The notes below the pieces were generated by a model, which was not told where the DNA came from, searched no databases, and was given only the letters and a program-made list of their open reading frames with translations. DNA of 12,621 nucleotides. It comes from Thermoflexus sp. GTDB lineage: Bacteria > Chloroflexota > Anaerolineae > Thermoflexales > Thermoflexaceae. The stretch lies in assembly GCF_042408365.1 (NCBI RefSeq), contig NZ_JBHOQJ010000001.1, positions 1 to 12,621 of the forward strand, read 5' to 3'. Each line of letters opens with the position of its first letter. Within the stretch, counting starts at the first letter, position 1. Made by a program: the position numbers and the translations under genes. Shown here one piece after another: positions 1-7,550 of the stretch.

Positions 1-21
1 CCGGGCGCCTTTGGCGCCCGG
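1..21. other. Perfect inverted repeat CCGGGCGCC-TTT-GGCGCCCGG (9-bp GC stem, 3-nt loop) at the window edge. Possibly the hairpin of a terminator for a gene outside the window.
   Basis: Read directly from the sequence. No U-tract immediately follows on the plus strand, and the minus-strand tail lies outside the window. Confidence 0.3.
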
Positions 22-421
22 CTCGCCCCCAAAACATCTTTTCTCCCCCCTCCTCACGGTCCGAAGGGCCGGGGGGAAGGGGCCCCGCTACCCACCGTGT
101 ATTCTCCAAGGATCCCCCTCTCTTCGTGAGACCTCCGGATATCCCATTTCGAGGGACGAATTTGTGCACATCGCCTAAAGCGAAATTCCCGATTTTTGTT
201 CTCCTAACCTGTAGCTCTGTGTTCCCCGGTTTTTTACAATCTGGGCGAATCATTCACGAACCCGCTTTGCCATCCTACAGGCGTTCATGAAAAGGCAGGG
301 CTGGCCGGGCTCATCTCGATGCCCTTCGGAGTGTTCAGGGATGGGCGGGGTGGCTGAGCGGGTACCAAAGCGTGAGGTTATGAATCGCCCGGTTCGCTCT
401 GAAATCCTTAGGGGAAGCGTC

Positions 422-1594
422 ATGGAAGGGTCTTTCGTGCTTTTAACCCTCGCCGGTATCCTGATCGGGGCTCGCTTCAGCGGGCGGATCAGCGCATGGC
501 TGGGCTTGCCGTCCGTTTTCGGCGAACTCTTGTTCGGCCTGATGCTGGGCCCGGCTGGCTTGGGTTGGCTGCGCCCGACCGAGTTGCTGAAAACCGTGGC
601 TGACCTGGGCGTCATCGTCCTGATGTTCATCGCCGGCTTGGAGACAGACTGGCGTGAATTGCGCCGCGTCGGTCCGACGTCATTTTGGACAGCTGTAGGC
701 GGTATGGTCTTGCCCTTCGTGACGGCGCTGGCTCTGGGTCGGGCCTTCAACCTCACAGAATCCCAGGCGTTGTTTTTGGGTGCAACGCTCACGGCCACCA
801 GCGTCAGCATCTCGGCCCAGACGCTGCGCGAACTGGGTCAGCTACAAGGCCGGGTGGGGATGACCGTCTTGGGCGCGGCGGTTATTGACGATGTGCTGGG
901 CATGGTGGTGCTGGCGCTGATCACCGGTCTGATCGGCCTGGGGAGCCCGCTGCTGGCTGTGCTGAAGATGGCCGCCTTTTGCGGGTTCGCTTTCCTGTTT
1001 GGCCGACGGTTAATCAACTCGATGGCCCGCTGGATCGCCCGACATCATCCGGGCGAAAGCGGGTTGGCCCTCGTGATAGCGTTGGTGTTGGTGGCGAGTT
1101 GGGCCGCGCAGGAGTTCGGCGGTCTTGCCGCCATCACGGGCGCTTATCTGATGGGCATCATGATCGCTCAGACCCAACTCAAACCGCAGGTGACCGCTGG
1201 GACGCTCGCGCTGGGGTACGGCCTACTGGTGCCTGTCTTCTTCGTGACCGTGGGGCTGGAGGCGCACGTGCCAGCGCTCGGGATGCTGTCGGCTTTCATT
1301 GCGCTCTTAACCGCGCTGGCCGTAGTGACCAAAATGGTCGGTTGTGGCTTGGGGGCGTGGCTGAGCGGTTGCTTACCAACCGAGTCGCTGCGCATCGGGG
1401 CCGGGATGGTGGCTCGGGGTGAGGTCGCGTTGGTCATGGCCACGTTAGGGCGCAAGATGGGCCTTCTCAACCCGACCCTGTACACGGCGGTCGTGGTGAT
1501 GACGCTGGCAACGACACTGGTTACGCCTGTGCTATTGAAGATGACTTTCGTCGCATCGTACCGGCGTCCGGCGGAGCCGGCCGTTGAGGCGTGA
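422..1594 (+). CDS. Cation:proton antiporter, CPA2 family (KefB/KefC-like membrane domain, about 390 aa, no C-terminal KTN/RCK domain)
   Basis: N-terminus MEGSFVLLTLAGILIG...LGLPSVFGELLFGLMLGPAGLGWL...VIVLMFIAGLETD closely resembles the MEGS...[26 protein letters not shown]...FLMFIIGLELN start of KefB/KefC. The protein is polytopic and hydrophobic throughout. I chose ATG 422 rather than the ORF-track ATG 287 because AGGGGAAG sits 7 nt upstream of 422 and MEGS matches the family N-terminus. The 45 residues upstream are Arg/Pro/Cys-rich and non-membrane-like. Confidence 0.8.
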   Translation: MEGSFVLLTLAGILIGARFSGRISAWLGLPSVFGELLFGLMLGPAGLGWLRPTELLKTVADLGVIVLMFIAGLETDWRELRRVGPTSFWTAVGGMVLPFVTALALGRAFNLTESQALFLGATLTATSVSISAQTLRELGQLQGRVGMTVLGAAVIDDVLGMVVLALITGLIGLGSPLLAVLKMAAFCGFAFLFGRRLINSMARWIARHHPGESGLALVIALVLVASWAAQEFGGLAAITGAYLMGIMIAQTQLKPQVTAGTLALGYGLLVPVFFVTVGLEAHVPALGMLSAFIALLTALAVVTKMVGCGLGAWLSGCLPTESLRIGAGMVARGEVALVMATLGRKMGLLNPTLYTAVVVMTLATTLVTPVLLKMTFVASYRRPAEPAVEA

Positions 1595-1612
1595 GGCGAA
1601 TAAGGAGGCACC

Positions 1613-3208
1613 ATGCGAAACATTCTGTTGCGGTCGGTGTTGATCACGCTGTTCATTGTTGCTGTGATGTTCGTCATTGCCGTGACGGCCTCGCCTGTGC
1701 TCGCGCAGGGGCCGGACCCTACGGAGAAGATCGATGATGCCATCGTCAGCCTAAACGTCATGTGGACGCTCCTGGCGGGCTTCCTGGTGTTCTTCATGCA
1801 GGCGGGCTTCGCTTTGGTGGAGACCGGCTTCACCCGGGCCAAGAACGTCGCTCACACTATGATGATGAACATGATGGTGTTCTGCATTGGGGCGCTCGGT
1901 TATTGGTTGACCGGCTTCGCCTTTCAGTTCGGCGGTATGAATTACACCTATCCTGAAATCGGCCCCAATCTGCCCGCCTGGTCTTTTGCACCGAGCACGT
2001 TGGGTCCGTTAACCGATGCCTCCGGTGCGCCGTTACTGGCCAAGCCGCTGCTCATCGGCAATGTCGGTGTGCTGGGCCTCAGCGGTTTTATGCTGGCTGG
2101 CCTCAGCGCCAATTTCGGCCTGCTGACCTTCTTCCTGTTCCAGATGGTGTTCATGGACACGGCGGCCACGATCCCGACCGGCGCCATGGCCGAGCGCCTC
2201 AAGTTCGTCGGCTTTGTCCTGATGAGCCTGTGGGTCAGTATGTTCATCTACCCGCTGGTCGGCGGCTGGGTGTGGGGTGGCGGCTGGCTGGCGAACCTGG
2301 GCCGCATGTTGGGCCTGGGCAATGGAGCTGTGGACTTCGCCGGTTCGGGCGTGGTTCACATGGTTGGCGGCGCTGTCGGTCTGGCAGGGGCCCTCGTCTT
2401 GGGTCCGCGCATCGGTCGCTTCAACCAAGACGGCTCAGCCAACGTCATCCCTGCTCATAACATCCCGCTGGGCGTACTAGGCACCGTCATCCTATTCTTC
2501 GGCTGGTTCGGTTTTAACCCCGGCTCAGCGCTTGGCTTCACGGGTGCCTCCCGCAATCTGGCGGTCATCGCCGCCATTAACACCTTGCTGGCCGGCTCGG
2601 CGGGTGGGGTGTCGGCGATGTTCTATTCGTGGCTGGTCGGCCCAAGCAAGAAGCCCGATCCCGTGCTATCGGTCAGCGGCATTCTGGCAGGCCTGGTTGC
2701 GATCACGGCGCCATGTGCGTTTGTGGATAGCTGGGCGGCGGTGGTCATTGGCCTGGTGGCCGGCCTGATCGTGTGCTGGACGACGCTCTTGCTGGAGAAA
2801 CTCAAGATTGACGACCCCGTCGGCGCGGTCCCCGTCCACTTCTTCGGCGGAATGTGGGGCCTGTTGGCCGTCGGCATTTTCGCCAACGGCAATCCCGACA
2901 CAGCGATGTGGAACGGTGTCCCCACGCCCGTCACAGGTCTGCTGTACGGCGGCACGACCCAGATCCTCGCGCAGATTGCCGAGATCGCCTCGATCGTGAT
3001 CGTGGCCGGTGGCCTTTCGTTTGTGTTCTTCCGCGTCTTGAACGCGCTGGGGCTGTTACGCGTGTCCCGGGCGGATGAGTTGGCCGGCCTGGACATCCCA
3101 GAGATGGGTGTGGAGGGCTACGCCACCGGCCGCCGGCTGCTGCCGGGGATGGTGACCGGGTCTGCTCAGCCGTCCGCCGTAAGTGGCGCTGAACAAGCTG
3201 CACGTTGA
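1613..3208 (+). CDS. amt: Ammonium transporter, Amt family (531 aa, with signal peptide, a long inter-helix insertion and a C-terminal extension)
   Basis: Amt signature motifs are present: FFMQAGFALVETGF, DFAGSGVVHMVGGAVGLAGALVLGPRIGRF, and the C-terminal GLDIPEMGVEGY. The N-terminus has a hydrophobic signal ending in VLAQG. An AAGGAGG RBS lies 4 nt upstream of the ATG. The gene begins 18 bp after the antiporter stop. Confidence 0.9.
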   Translation: MRNILLRSVLITLFIVAVMFVIAVTASPVLAQGPDPTEKIDDAIVSLNVMWTLLAGFLVFFMQAGFALVETGFTRAKNVAHTMMMNMMVFCIGALGYWLTGFAFQFGGMNYTYPEIGPNLPAWSFAPSTLGPLTDASGAPLLAKPLLIGNVGVLGLSGFMLAGLSANFGLLTFFLFQMVFMDTAATIPTGAMAERLKFVGFVLMSLWVSMFIYPLVGGWVWGGGWLANLGRMLGLGNGAVDFAGSGVVHMVGGAVGLAGALVLGPRIGRFNQDGSANVIPAHNIPLGVLGTVILFFGWFGFNPGSALGFTGASRNLAVIAAINTLLAGSAGGVSAMFYSWLVGPSKKPDPVLSVSGILAGLVAITAPCAFVDSWAAVVIGLVAGLIVCWTTLLLEKLKIDDPVGAVPVHFFGGMWGLLAVGIFANGNPDTAMWNGVPTPVTGLLYGGTTQILAQIAEIASIVIVAGGLSFVFFRVLNALGLLRVSRADELAGLDIPEMGVEGYATGRRLLPGMVTGSAQPSAVSGAEQAAR

Positions 3209-3270
3209 ATGGGTGATAAGCAGATATCCCCTAGGAAATCTGGGTAGCAGCTTTTGATCAGGAGGCATGA

Positions 3271-4698
3271 ATGGCGCACTGGCAGATACGACGATTGGCT
3301 GTAATGAGCGGGTTGTTCGCGCTGGCTCTGGCGCTGACCCATGGGCTGGCGCTGGCCCAGGGCCCATCGCCGGAGTCCGGAACAGTGGAGGTCGTGCGGG
3401 AGGAGCTGGGCCGCGCGATCAACCTCGCCTGGACCCTGATCGCGGCCTTCTTGGTCTTTTTTATGCAGGCCGGGTTCGCAATGGTGGAGGCCGGTTTCGC
3501 TCGATCGAAGAATGTGGTCGCTGTGCTGACGAAGAACCTCATGGATGCTCTGATTGGAGGGCTGGCGTTCTGGGCTTTCGGCTTCGCGTTGATGTTCGGC
3601 GGGTCCGGGCTGGCTCCGGGCCTGGAGCGCGGAACGCCTTGGATTGGCACCTCCGGTTTCTTCCTGACCGGTTTGGCTTACAACGATCAAACGGCGGCGC
3701 TCTGGTTCTTTCAAATGGTCTTCGCTGCCACCGCGGCCACCATCGTCTCAGGAGCCATGGCGGAGCGGACCAAAACCACGGCTTACCTGGCTTATAGTTT
3801 CCTCATCTCCGCACTGATTTACCCCATCTACGGCCACTGGGTGTGGGGCGGAGGCTGGCTGGGGGATCTCTCGGCCTACTTACCGTTCCTCGGAGAGGGG
3901 GTCGGAGCCAAAGACTTCGCGGGTTCCGGGGTCGTTCACGCGGTCGGCGGCTTCGTCGCCTTGGTCGGCGCGGCCATGGTGGGCCCCCGGGTGGGCAAGT
4001 TCAATCGGGATGGCACGCCGAACGCCCTCCCGGGGCATAACCTGGCCCTGGTTACCCTGGGCACTTTTATCCTCTTCTTCGGCTGGTTCGGATTTAACCC
4101 CGGATCCACGCTGGCGGCCACGGACTCGCGGATCGCCATGATCGCCGTGAACACCTTCCTGGCCGGGGCCGCTGGCGCGGTTGTGGCCATCTACTATGGC
4201 TTCTTCCGGACGGGCAAGTTGGAGCTGCCCCTGGCCTGCAACGGGGCGCTGGCCGGTTTGGTGGGGATCACCGCGCCGTGCGCCTACGTAGCGCCATGGG
4301 CCGCGGTGCTCATCGGGGGCATCGCAGCGCTGGTGATGATCGGAGGGGCCGCTTTCGTGGAGCGCATCCTGAAGGTGGACGATGTGGTTGGCGCTTCCGC
4401 GGTGCATGGGTTCGCTGGGTTGTGGGGGCTGCTGGCGGTGGGCCTCTTCGCGGACGGCACCTATGGCGGCGTGGCAGGGCTGATTGTGGGAAGCTGGGGT
4501 CAGTTGGTGGCTCAGGTGATCGATATGGTGGTTGTCACCGCATGGTCGCTGGGCACCGGTTTCCTCATCTTCTGGTTGATCCGACAAACCATCGGCCTGC
4601 GGGTGAGCGCTGAGGAGGAACGCCTCGGTCTCGATTTGACGGAGCACGGCGCGGAGGCTTACCCAACCGGCCGACGGCTTCAGCTCGAGCTTCCATAA
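3271..4698 (+). CDS. amt: Ammonium transporter, Amt family (475 aa), tandem paralog of the preceding gene
   Basis: Motifs FFMQAGFAMVEAGF, DFAGSGVVHAVGGFVALVGAAMVGPRVGKF and C-terminal GLDLTEHGAEAY are present. A signal-peptide-like N-terminus ends in ALAQGP. An AGGAGG RBS lies 5 nt upstream of ATG 3271. The nearby ATG 3267 is out of frame and too close to the RBS. Confidence 0.9.
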   Translation: MAHWQIRRLAVMSGLFALALALTHGLALAQGPSPESGTVEVVREELGRAINLAWTLIAAFLVFFMQAGFAMVEAGFARSKNVVAVLTKNLMDALIGGLAFWAFGFALMFGGSGLAPGLERGTPWIGTSGFFLTGLAYNDQTAALWFFQMVFAATAATIVSGAMAERTKTTAYLAYSFLISALIYPIYGHWVWGGGWLGDLSAYLPFLGEGVGAKDFAGSGVVHAVGGFVALVGAAMVGPRVGKFNRDGTPNALPGHNLALVTLGTFILFFGWFGFNPGSTLAATDSRIAMIAVNTFLAGAAGAVVAIYYGFFRTGKLELPLACNGALAGLVGITAPCAYVAPWAAVLIGGIAALVMIGGAAFVERILKVDDVVGASAVHGFAGLWGLLAVGLFADGTYGGVAGLIVGSWGQLVAQVIDMVVVTAWSLGTGFLIFWLIRQTIGLRVSAEEERLGLDLTEHGAEAYPTGRRLQLELP

Positions 4699-4714
4699 GT
4701 AAGGGAGGTTGCCA

Positions 4715-5839
4715 ATGCACTCGGTGGAACTCGTGATCGGCCTTCTCGCTTTTGGGTTCTTCCTGGTGCTATGGGTGATCCTGCCGCATCGCCTCCATCG
4801 CCCCCAGCACCGGATGGCCTCTGCCCCTGAAGGCGCAACAGCCGAGGAGACCCCTACGAGGATCCTTGAGGGATCGCCTGCGCGCGTTTCCGATCAGCTG
4901 GAGCCCGCGGAGACCTCCTTGGGCCTGCGAATATCCCCTTCCACAGAGCGCCGGGATGGCGTCTGGGGTGTGTTGGAGGGCGAATTCGAGGCGCGAAGGA
5001 TTGCTCTCCCTATTGTGATGGAGCGGATCCGGACGGATGGAGTGCTGCAGGAGCGCTACACGGCGTGGGTTGGCGGCGTGCAATGTCAGCACACTACTCC
5101 CTATGGCCTGAAGAAAGCGGTGGAAGAGGCCCTGCAAAGCCTGACCTACGCGGGACAGCTCCCAGTTTATAGCTTTGCTCTTTCCAAGCCCACAGGCATG
5201 CAGATGGCGCCGGTCTACCGCCTCAAAGAATGGCAGGTCATGGAACCGGAAGGGCCCATCCTGTCCGCCGGGGACCTGAAGGTATTGCGGGAACGTGTGG
5301 CGGATCTATGGGAATGTCCCGCTGAGGCGCTGGAGATCTATCGCCTCTCCGAGGCGATGTCCTGGATCCCGCCCGTGGCAGTTCTGACGGATCCCGAAGG
5401 CGGCCAGTGGACCCCCGTTTTTCTGGAGGGGGGATGCTTGATCTATCCCGATGGCCTTTCGGAATCCGTGGTCCCGGTGGCTTCGGGCTCCGCGTGGGAG
5501 GCGCTTTTGCTGGGATTGCGCGCGCGAATCCGGGATCGCTGCATCATCGATCTGTCAGGGCCTTTGGTCCGTGAAGCCCGCGAATCCATGATGGGAAGCG
5601 GTTATCAGCTGCGCGGGTTTGTGATCCGAAGCGGATGGCTGCAGCCTGTGTCCTGGCCGATCTATCTCGATTGTGGGTGGTGGATCGCACTGCTGGATGG
5701 GGACGGTGAACCGATCCGTGGCATCCTGGCCTCGGATCGGGAAAGCCTGCGCGGGTCGATGGGCTGGCTTCTGGCTCAGGAGGGAAGCATAAGGGACCCC
5801 ACTGCGCTGCGGGTTGGCCCACAGGGCCTGCATGAGTAG
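4715..5839 (+). CDS. Hypothetical protein: one N-terminal TM helix plus a soluble domain of about 340 aa, Trp-rich C-terminus, no recognised domain
   Basis: An AGGGAGG RBS lies 6 nt upstream of ATG 4715. The ORF track started at TTG 4709, which abuts the RBS. Residues 5-25 (LVIGLLAFGFFLVLWVILP) form a single predicted TM segment. The gene starts 17 bp after the amt2 stop and ends 44 bp before the flotillin start, suggesting co-transcription. Confidence 0.6.
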   Translation: MHSVELVIGLLAFGFFLVLWVILPHRLHRPQHRMASAPEGATAEETPTRILEGSPARVSDQLEPAETSLGLRISPSTERRDGVWGVLEGEFEARRIALPIVMERIRTDGVLQERYTAWVGGVQCQHTTPYGLKKAVEEALQSLTYAGQLPVYSFALSKPTGMQMAPVYRLKEWQVMEPEGPILSAGDLKVLRERVADLWECPAEALEIYRLSEAMSWIPPVAVLTDPEGGQWTPVFLEGGCLIYPDGLSESVVPVASGSAWEALLLGLRARIRDRCIIDLSGPLVREARESMMGSGYQLRGFVIRSGWLQPVSWPIYLDCGWWIALLDGDGEPIRGILASDRESLRGSMGWLLAQEGSIRDPTALRVGPQGLHE

Positions 5840-5883
5840 AGGCTCAGTGCTGGAGGTGAACAATGTGTTAAAGGAGGAGCCCC

Positions 5884-7179
5884 ATGATCGCTCTGAGTCT
5901 GGTTATCGGTCTGTTCGCTCTTGCCGGCCTAAGCGCTCTCTGGGCCTGGCGCTACACGAAGGCAGGGCCCAATGAGGTGTTGGTTGTTTCCGGGCGGAAG
6001 CGGAAAGTGGTCGATCCGGACGGCCGCAAGAGGATCGTCGGCTACCGGCTGGTGCGCGGTGGAACCTTCGTCTGGCCGATCCTGGAGCGGGTGCAGCGGC
6101 TCTCCCTGGAGCTGCTCACCATTGAGATCCAGACCGCCGATGCTTATACCGCCCAGGGCGTGCGGGTGGCGGTGGATGCCGTGGCTCAAGTGAAGGTGAA
6201 AGGAGACGAGGCCTCCATCGCCGCCGCCGCTGAGCAGTTTCTCTCCAGGTCCAAGGATGACATCCGCCGGGTGGCGCTCCAGGTCATCGAGGGCCATCTG
6301 CGGGCTATCCTGGGCACGATGAGCGTGGAAGATCTTTACCTGCGCCGGGCGGAGTTCGCCCAGCGGGTCCGCGAGGCCGCCCGTCAGGACCTGGAGCGAA
6401 TGGGCTTAGATATTCTCTCCCTCACGGTGCGCCACATCGCCGACGAGCAAGGTTACCTGGACGCCGTCGGCCGGCCGCGGATCGCCCAGGTCCGCCAGCA
6501 GGCGGCGATCGCCGAGGCGGAGGCGGACCGCGTGGCCCGCATCGCCCGCCTGGAGGCGGACCGGGCGGTGGAGGAGGCCCGCCGGGAGTTGGAAGCCCGT
6601 CGGGCGGAGGCGGACCTGGCTTACGAGCTGCATCGATACCGGGTCGCCCAGGCGGTCAAGCGAGAGGAGATGGCGGTCCATCGGGTGGAGAAAGAGCTGG
6701 CCATCGAGATCGAAGAGAAGGAGATCGAGCGCAAGCAGCGGGAGCTGACGGCCACGGTGGAACTGCCGGCGGAGGCCGAGAAGCGGCGGATCCTGGCCCT
6801 GGCCGACGCCGAGCGCTACCGGCTGGAAGCGGAGGCGATGGGCCATGCGGAGCACATTCGGGCCACCGGCCGGGCGGAAGCCGAGGCGATGCGCTCCAAG
6901 GCGGCGGCGTGGCGGGAATATAACGAGGCCGCGCTCACGCAGATGATCGTCGATATCCTGCCGGAGCTGGCCAAGGCGCTGGCCGAACCGCTCTCCCGCA
7001 CCGAGCGCATCATCCTGATCGGAGACGGACACGGCGCGGGGATCAGCCGATTTACCGGAGATCTGGCCCAGGCGCTGGCCCAGCTGCCAGTCATCGTCGA
7101 GGCGCTCACGGGGTTGAACCTGCCCTCCATCCTTTCCCGAAACCCGGTCCCATCCCCCCCGAAAGAGACCTCTGAGTAA
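5884..7179 (+). CDS. SPFH/Band-7 family flotillin-like protein (N-terminal membrane anchor, SPFH domain, Ala/Glu/Arg-rich coiled-coil flotillin repeats)
   Basis: An AAGGAGG RBS lies 6 nt upstream. The N-terminal TM segment is MIALSLVIGLFALAGLSALWAW. It is followed by an SPFH-like core (VVDPDG...VRGGTFVWPILERVQRLSLELLTIEIQTADAYTAQGVRVAVDAVAQVKV). The C-terminal half is a long EAEADRVARIARLEADRAVEEARRELEARRAEADLA...AEAEKRRILALADAERYRLEAEAMGHAEHIRATGRAEAEAMRSKAAAWREYNEAA stretch typical of bacterial flotillins (FloT/YqiK type). Confidence 0.85.
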   Translation: MIALSLVIGLFALAGLSALWAWRYTKAGPNEVLVVSGRKRKVVDPDGRKRIVGYRLVRGGTFVWPILERVQRLSLELLTIEIQTADAYTAQGVRVAVDAVAQVKVKGDEASIAAAAEQFLSRSKDDIRRVALQVIEGHLRAILGTMSVEDLYLRRAEFAQRVREAARQDLERMGLDILSLTVRHIADEQGYLDAVGRPRIAQVRQQAAIAEAEADRVARIARLEADRAVEEARRELEARRAEADLAYELHRYRVAQAVKREEMAVHRVEKELAIEIEEKEIERKQRELTATVELPAEAEKRRILALADAERYRLEAEAMGHAEHIRATGRAEAEAMRSKAAAWREYNEAALTQMIVDILPELAKALAEPLSRTERIILIGDGHGAGISRFTGDLAQALAQLPVIVEALTGLNLPSILSRNPVPSPPKETSE

Positions 7180-7214
7180 CCATCGGCCCGTGAGGGATGA
7201 GGGGCCTTGGAAGC

Positions 7215-7253
7215 GCGGGCAGTGTCCCTTGGAGGCACTGCCCGCTTTCTTTG
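7215..7253 (+). terminator. Rho-independent terminator closing the antiporter-amt-amt-hyp-flotillin array
   Basis: GCGGGCAGTG (7215-7224) pairs with CACTGCCCGC (7236-7245). The stem can extend by a G-U pair and a C-G pair, leaving a loop of about 7 nt. TTTCTTTG follows immediately. It sits 36 bp after the flotillin stop. Confidence 0.7.
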
Positions 7254-7267
7254 CAGCCTCATCAGCT

Positions 7268-7285
7268 TCCATCGGCAACGATGGA
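7268..7285. other. Small palindrome TCCATCG-GCAA-CGATGGA (7-bp stem, GNRA-type loop) just downstream of the terminator. Could be a protein-binding dyad or a small RNA hairpin.
   Basis: Read directly from the sequence. There is no further support. Confidence 0.25.
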
Positions 7286-7364
7286 TCATTGAACAAAAGA
7301 GCATCCAAATTCATGCCCAAGATGAATGCTCGAAATGAACATCTTTTGATTAAAAGTTGAGCTA

Positions 7365-7397
7365 TTTTTGGTCTGGATCATTCAAAGTTGGTGGAGG
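7365..7397 (+). repeat. Copy 1 of an imperfect direct repeat (TTTTTGGTCTGGAT-CAT-TCAAAGTTGGTGGAGG) about 155 bp upstream of the three-gene operon
   Basis: The core ATTT(T/C)TGGTCTGGAT matches copy 2 at 14 of 15 positions. A second shared block is TCAAAGT(T)GG(T/A)TGG. Copy 2 carries an extra 15 nt (TATGATCATCTCTATGAA) between the two blocks. Confidence 0.5.
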
Positions 7398-7432
7398 ATA
7401 ATGGTTTTGTTCCAGTTTATGGTTTGAAAGGC

Positions 7433-7530
7433 AAGGGGGCAACCCTCGGCGGCTCCCGCCCCTCGAATAGCGGTCCGGTTGGAGCGGAGGGGCTTGAGCA
7501 CCCCTTGATCCACGCGCGCTCCCCTGAGCG
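7433..7530 (+). promoter_or_regulatory. GC-rich, potentially structured 5' leader of the three-gene operon with mutually exclusive G-tract/C-tract pairings
   Basis: GGGGGC (7435-40) or GAGGGGC (7487-93) can each pair with GCCCCTC (7458-64). GAGGGG can alternatively pair with CCCCTT (7501-06). A CGCTC-CCCT-GAGCG hairpin sits at 7517-7530, just before the AGGAGG RBS (7540-45). This is riboswitch- or attenuator-like in architecture only; no known riboswitch consensus was recognised. Confidence 0.3.
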
Positions 7531-7550
7531 GGCGGATCCAGGAGGCTTCG

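Noticed and set aside
340-405. tRNA-like string GGTGGCTGAGCGGGTACC...GGTTCGCTCT
   Set aside because: No cloverleaf can be drawn, there is no GTTCGAATC-type T-loop, and no acceptor stem.
287-421. Upstream extension of the antiporter ORF from ATG 287 (MKRQGWPGSSRCPSECSG...)
   Set aside because: The Arg/Pro/Cys-rich, non-membrane sequence has no RBS. ATG 422 has an RBS and reproduces the canonical MEGS... N-terminus of KefB-type proteins.
250-1842. Minus-strand ORFs 250-810 and 1168-1842 and plus-strand ORFs 685-888 and 979-1422
   Set aside because: They are antisense or out of frame relative to the strongly supported antiporter gene. Their Arg/Pro/Ser/Thr-rich low-complexity translations are typical of spurious frames in GC-rich DNA.
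1762-4647. Numerous overlapping ORFs inside the amt genes (e.g. 2033-2428 -, 2623-3096 -, 3166-3714 -, 3267-3797 +, 3880-4647 -)
   Set aside because: They overlap the unambiguous Amt coding frames. Their compositionally biased translations (R, P, G, H-rich) are alternative-frame artefacts.
5929-7320. Minus-strand ORFs 5929-6297 and 6406-7320 (304 aa) opposite the flotillin gene
   Set aside because: They are antisense to the flotillin coiled-coil region, which is GC-rich, repetitive and stop-poor in all frames. The translations are Leu/Arg/Gly/Pro low-complexity. The 6406-7320 ORF would also run through the terminator.
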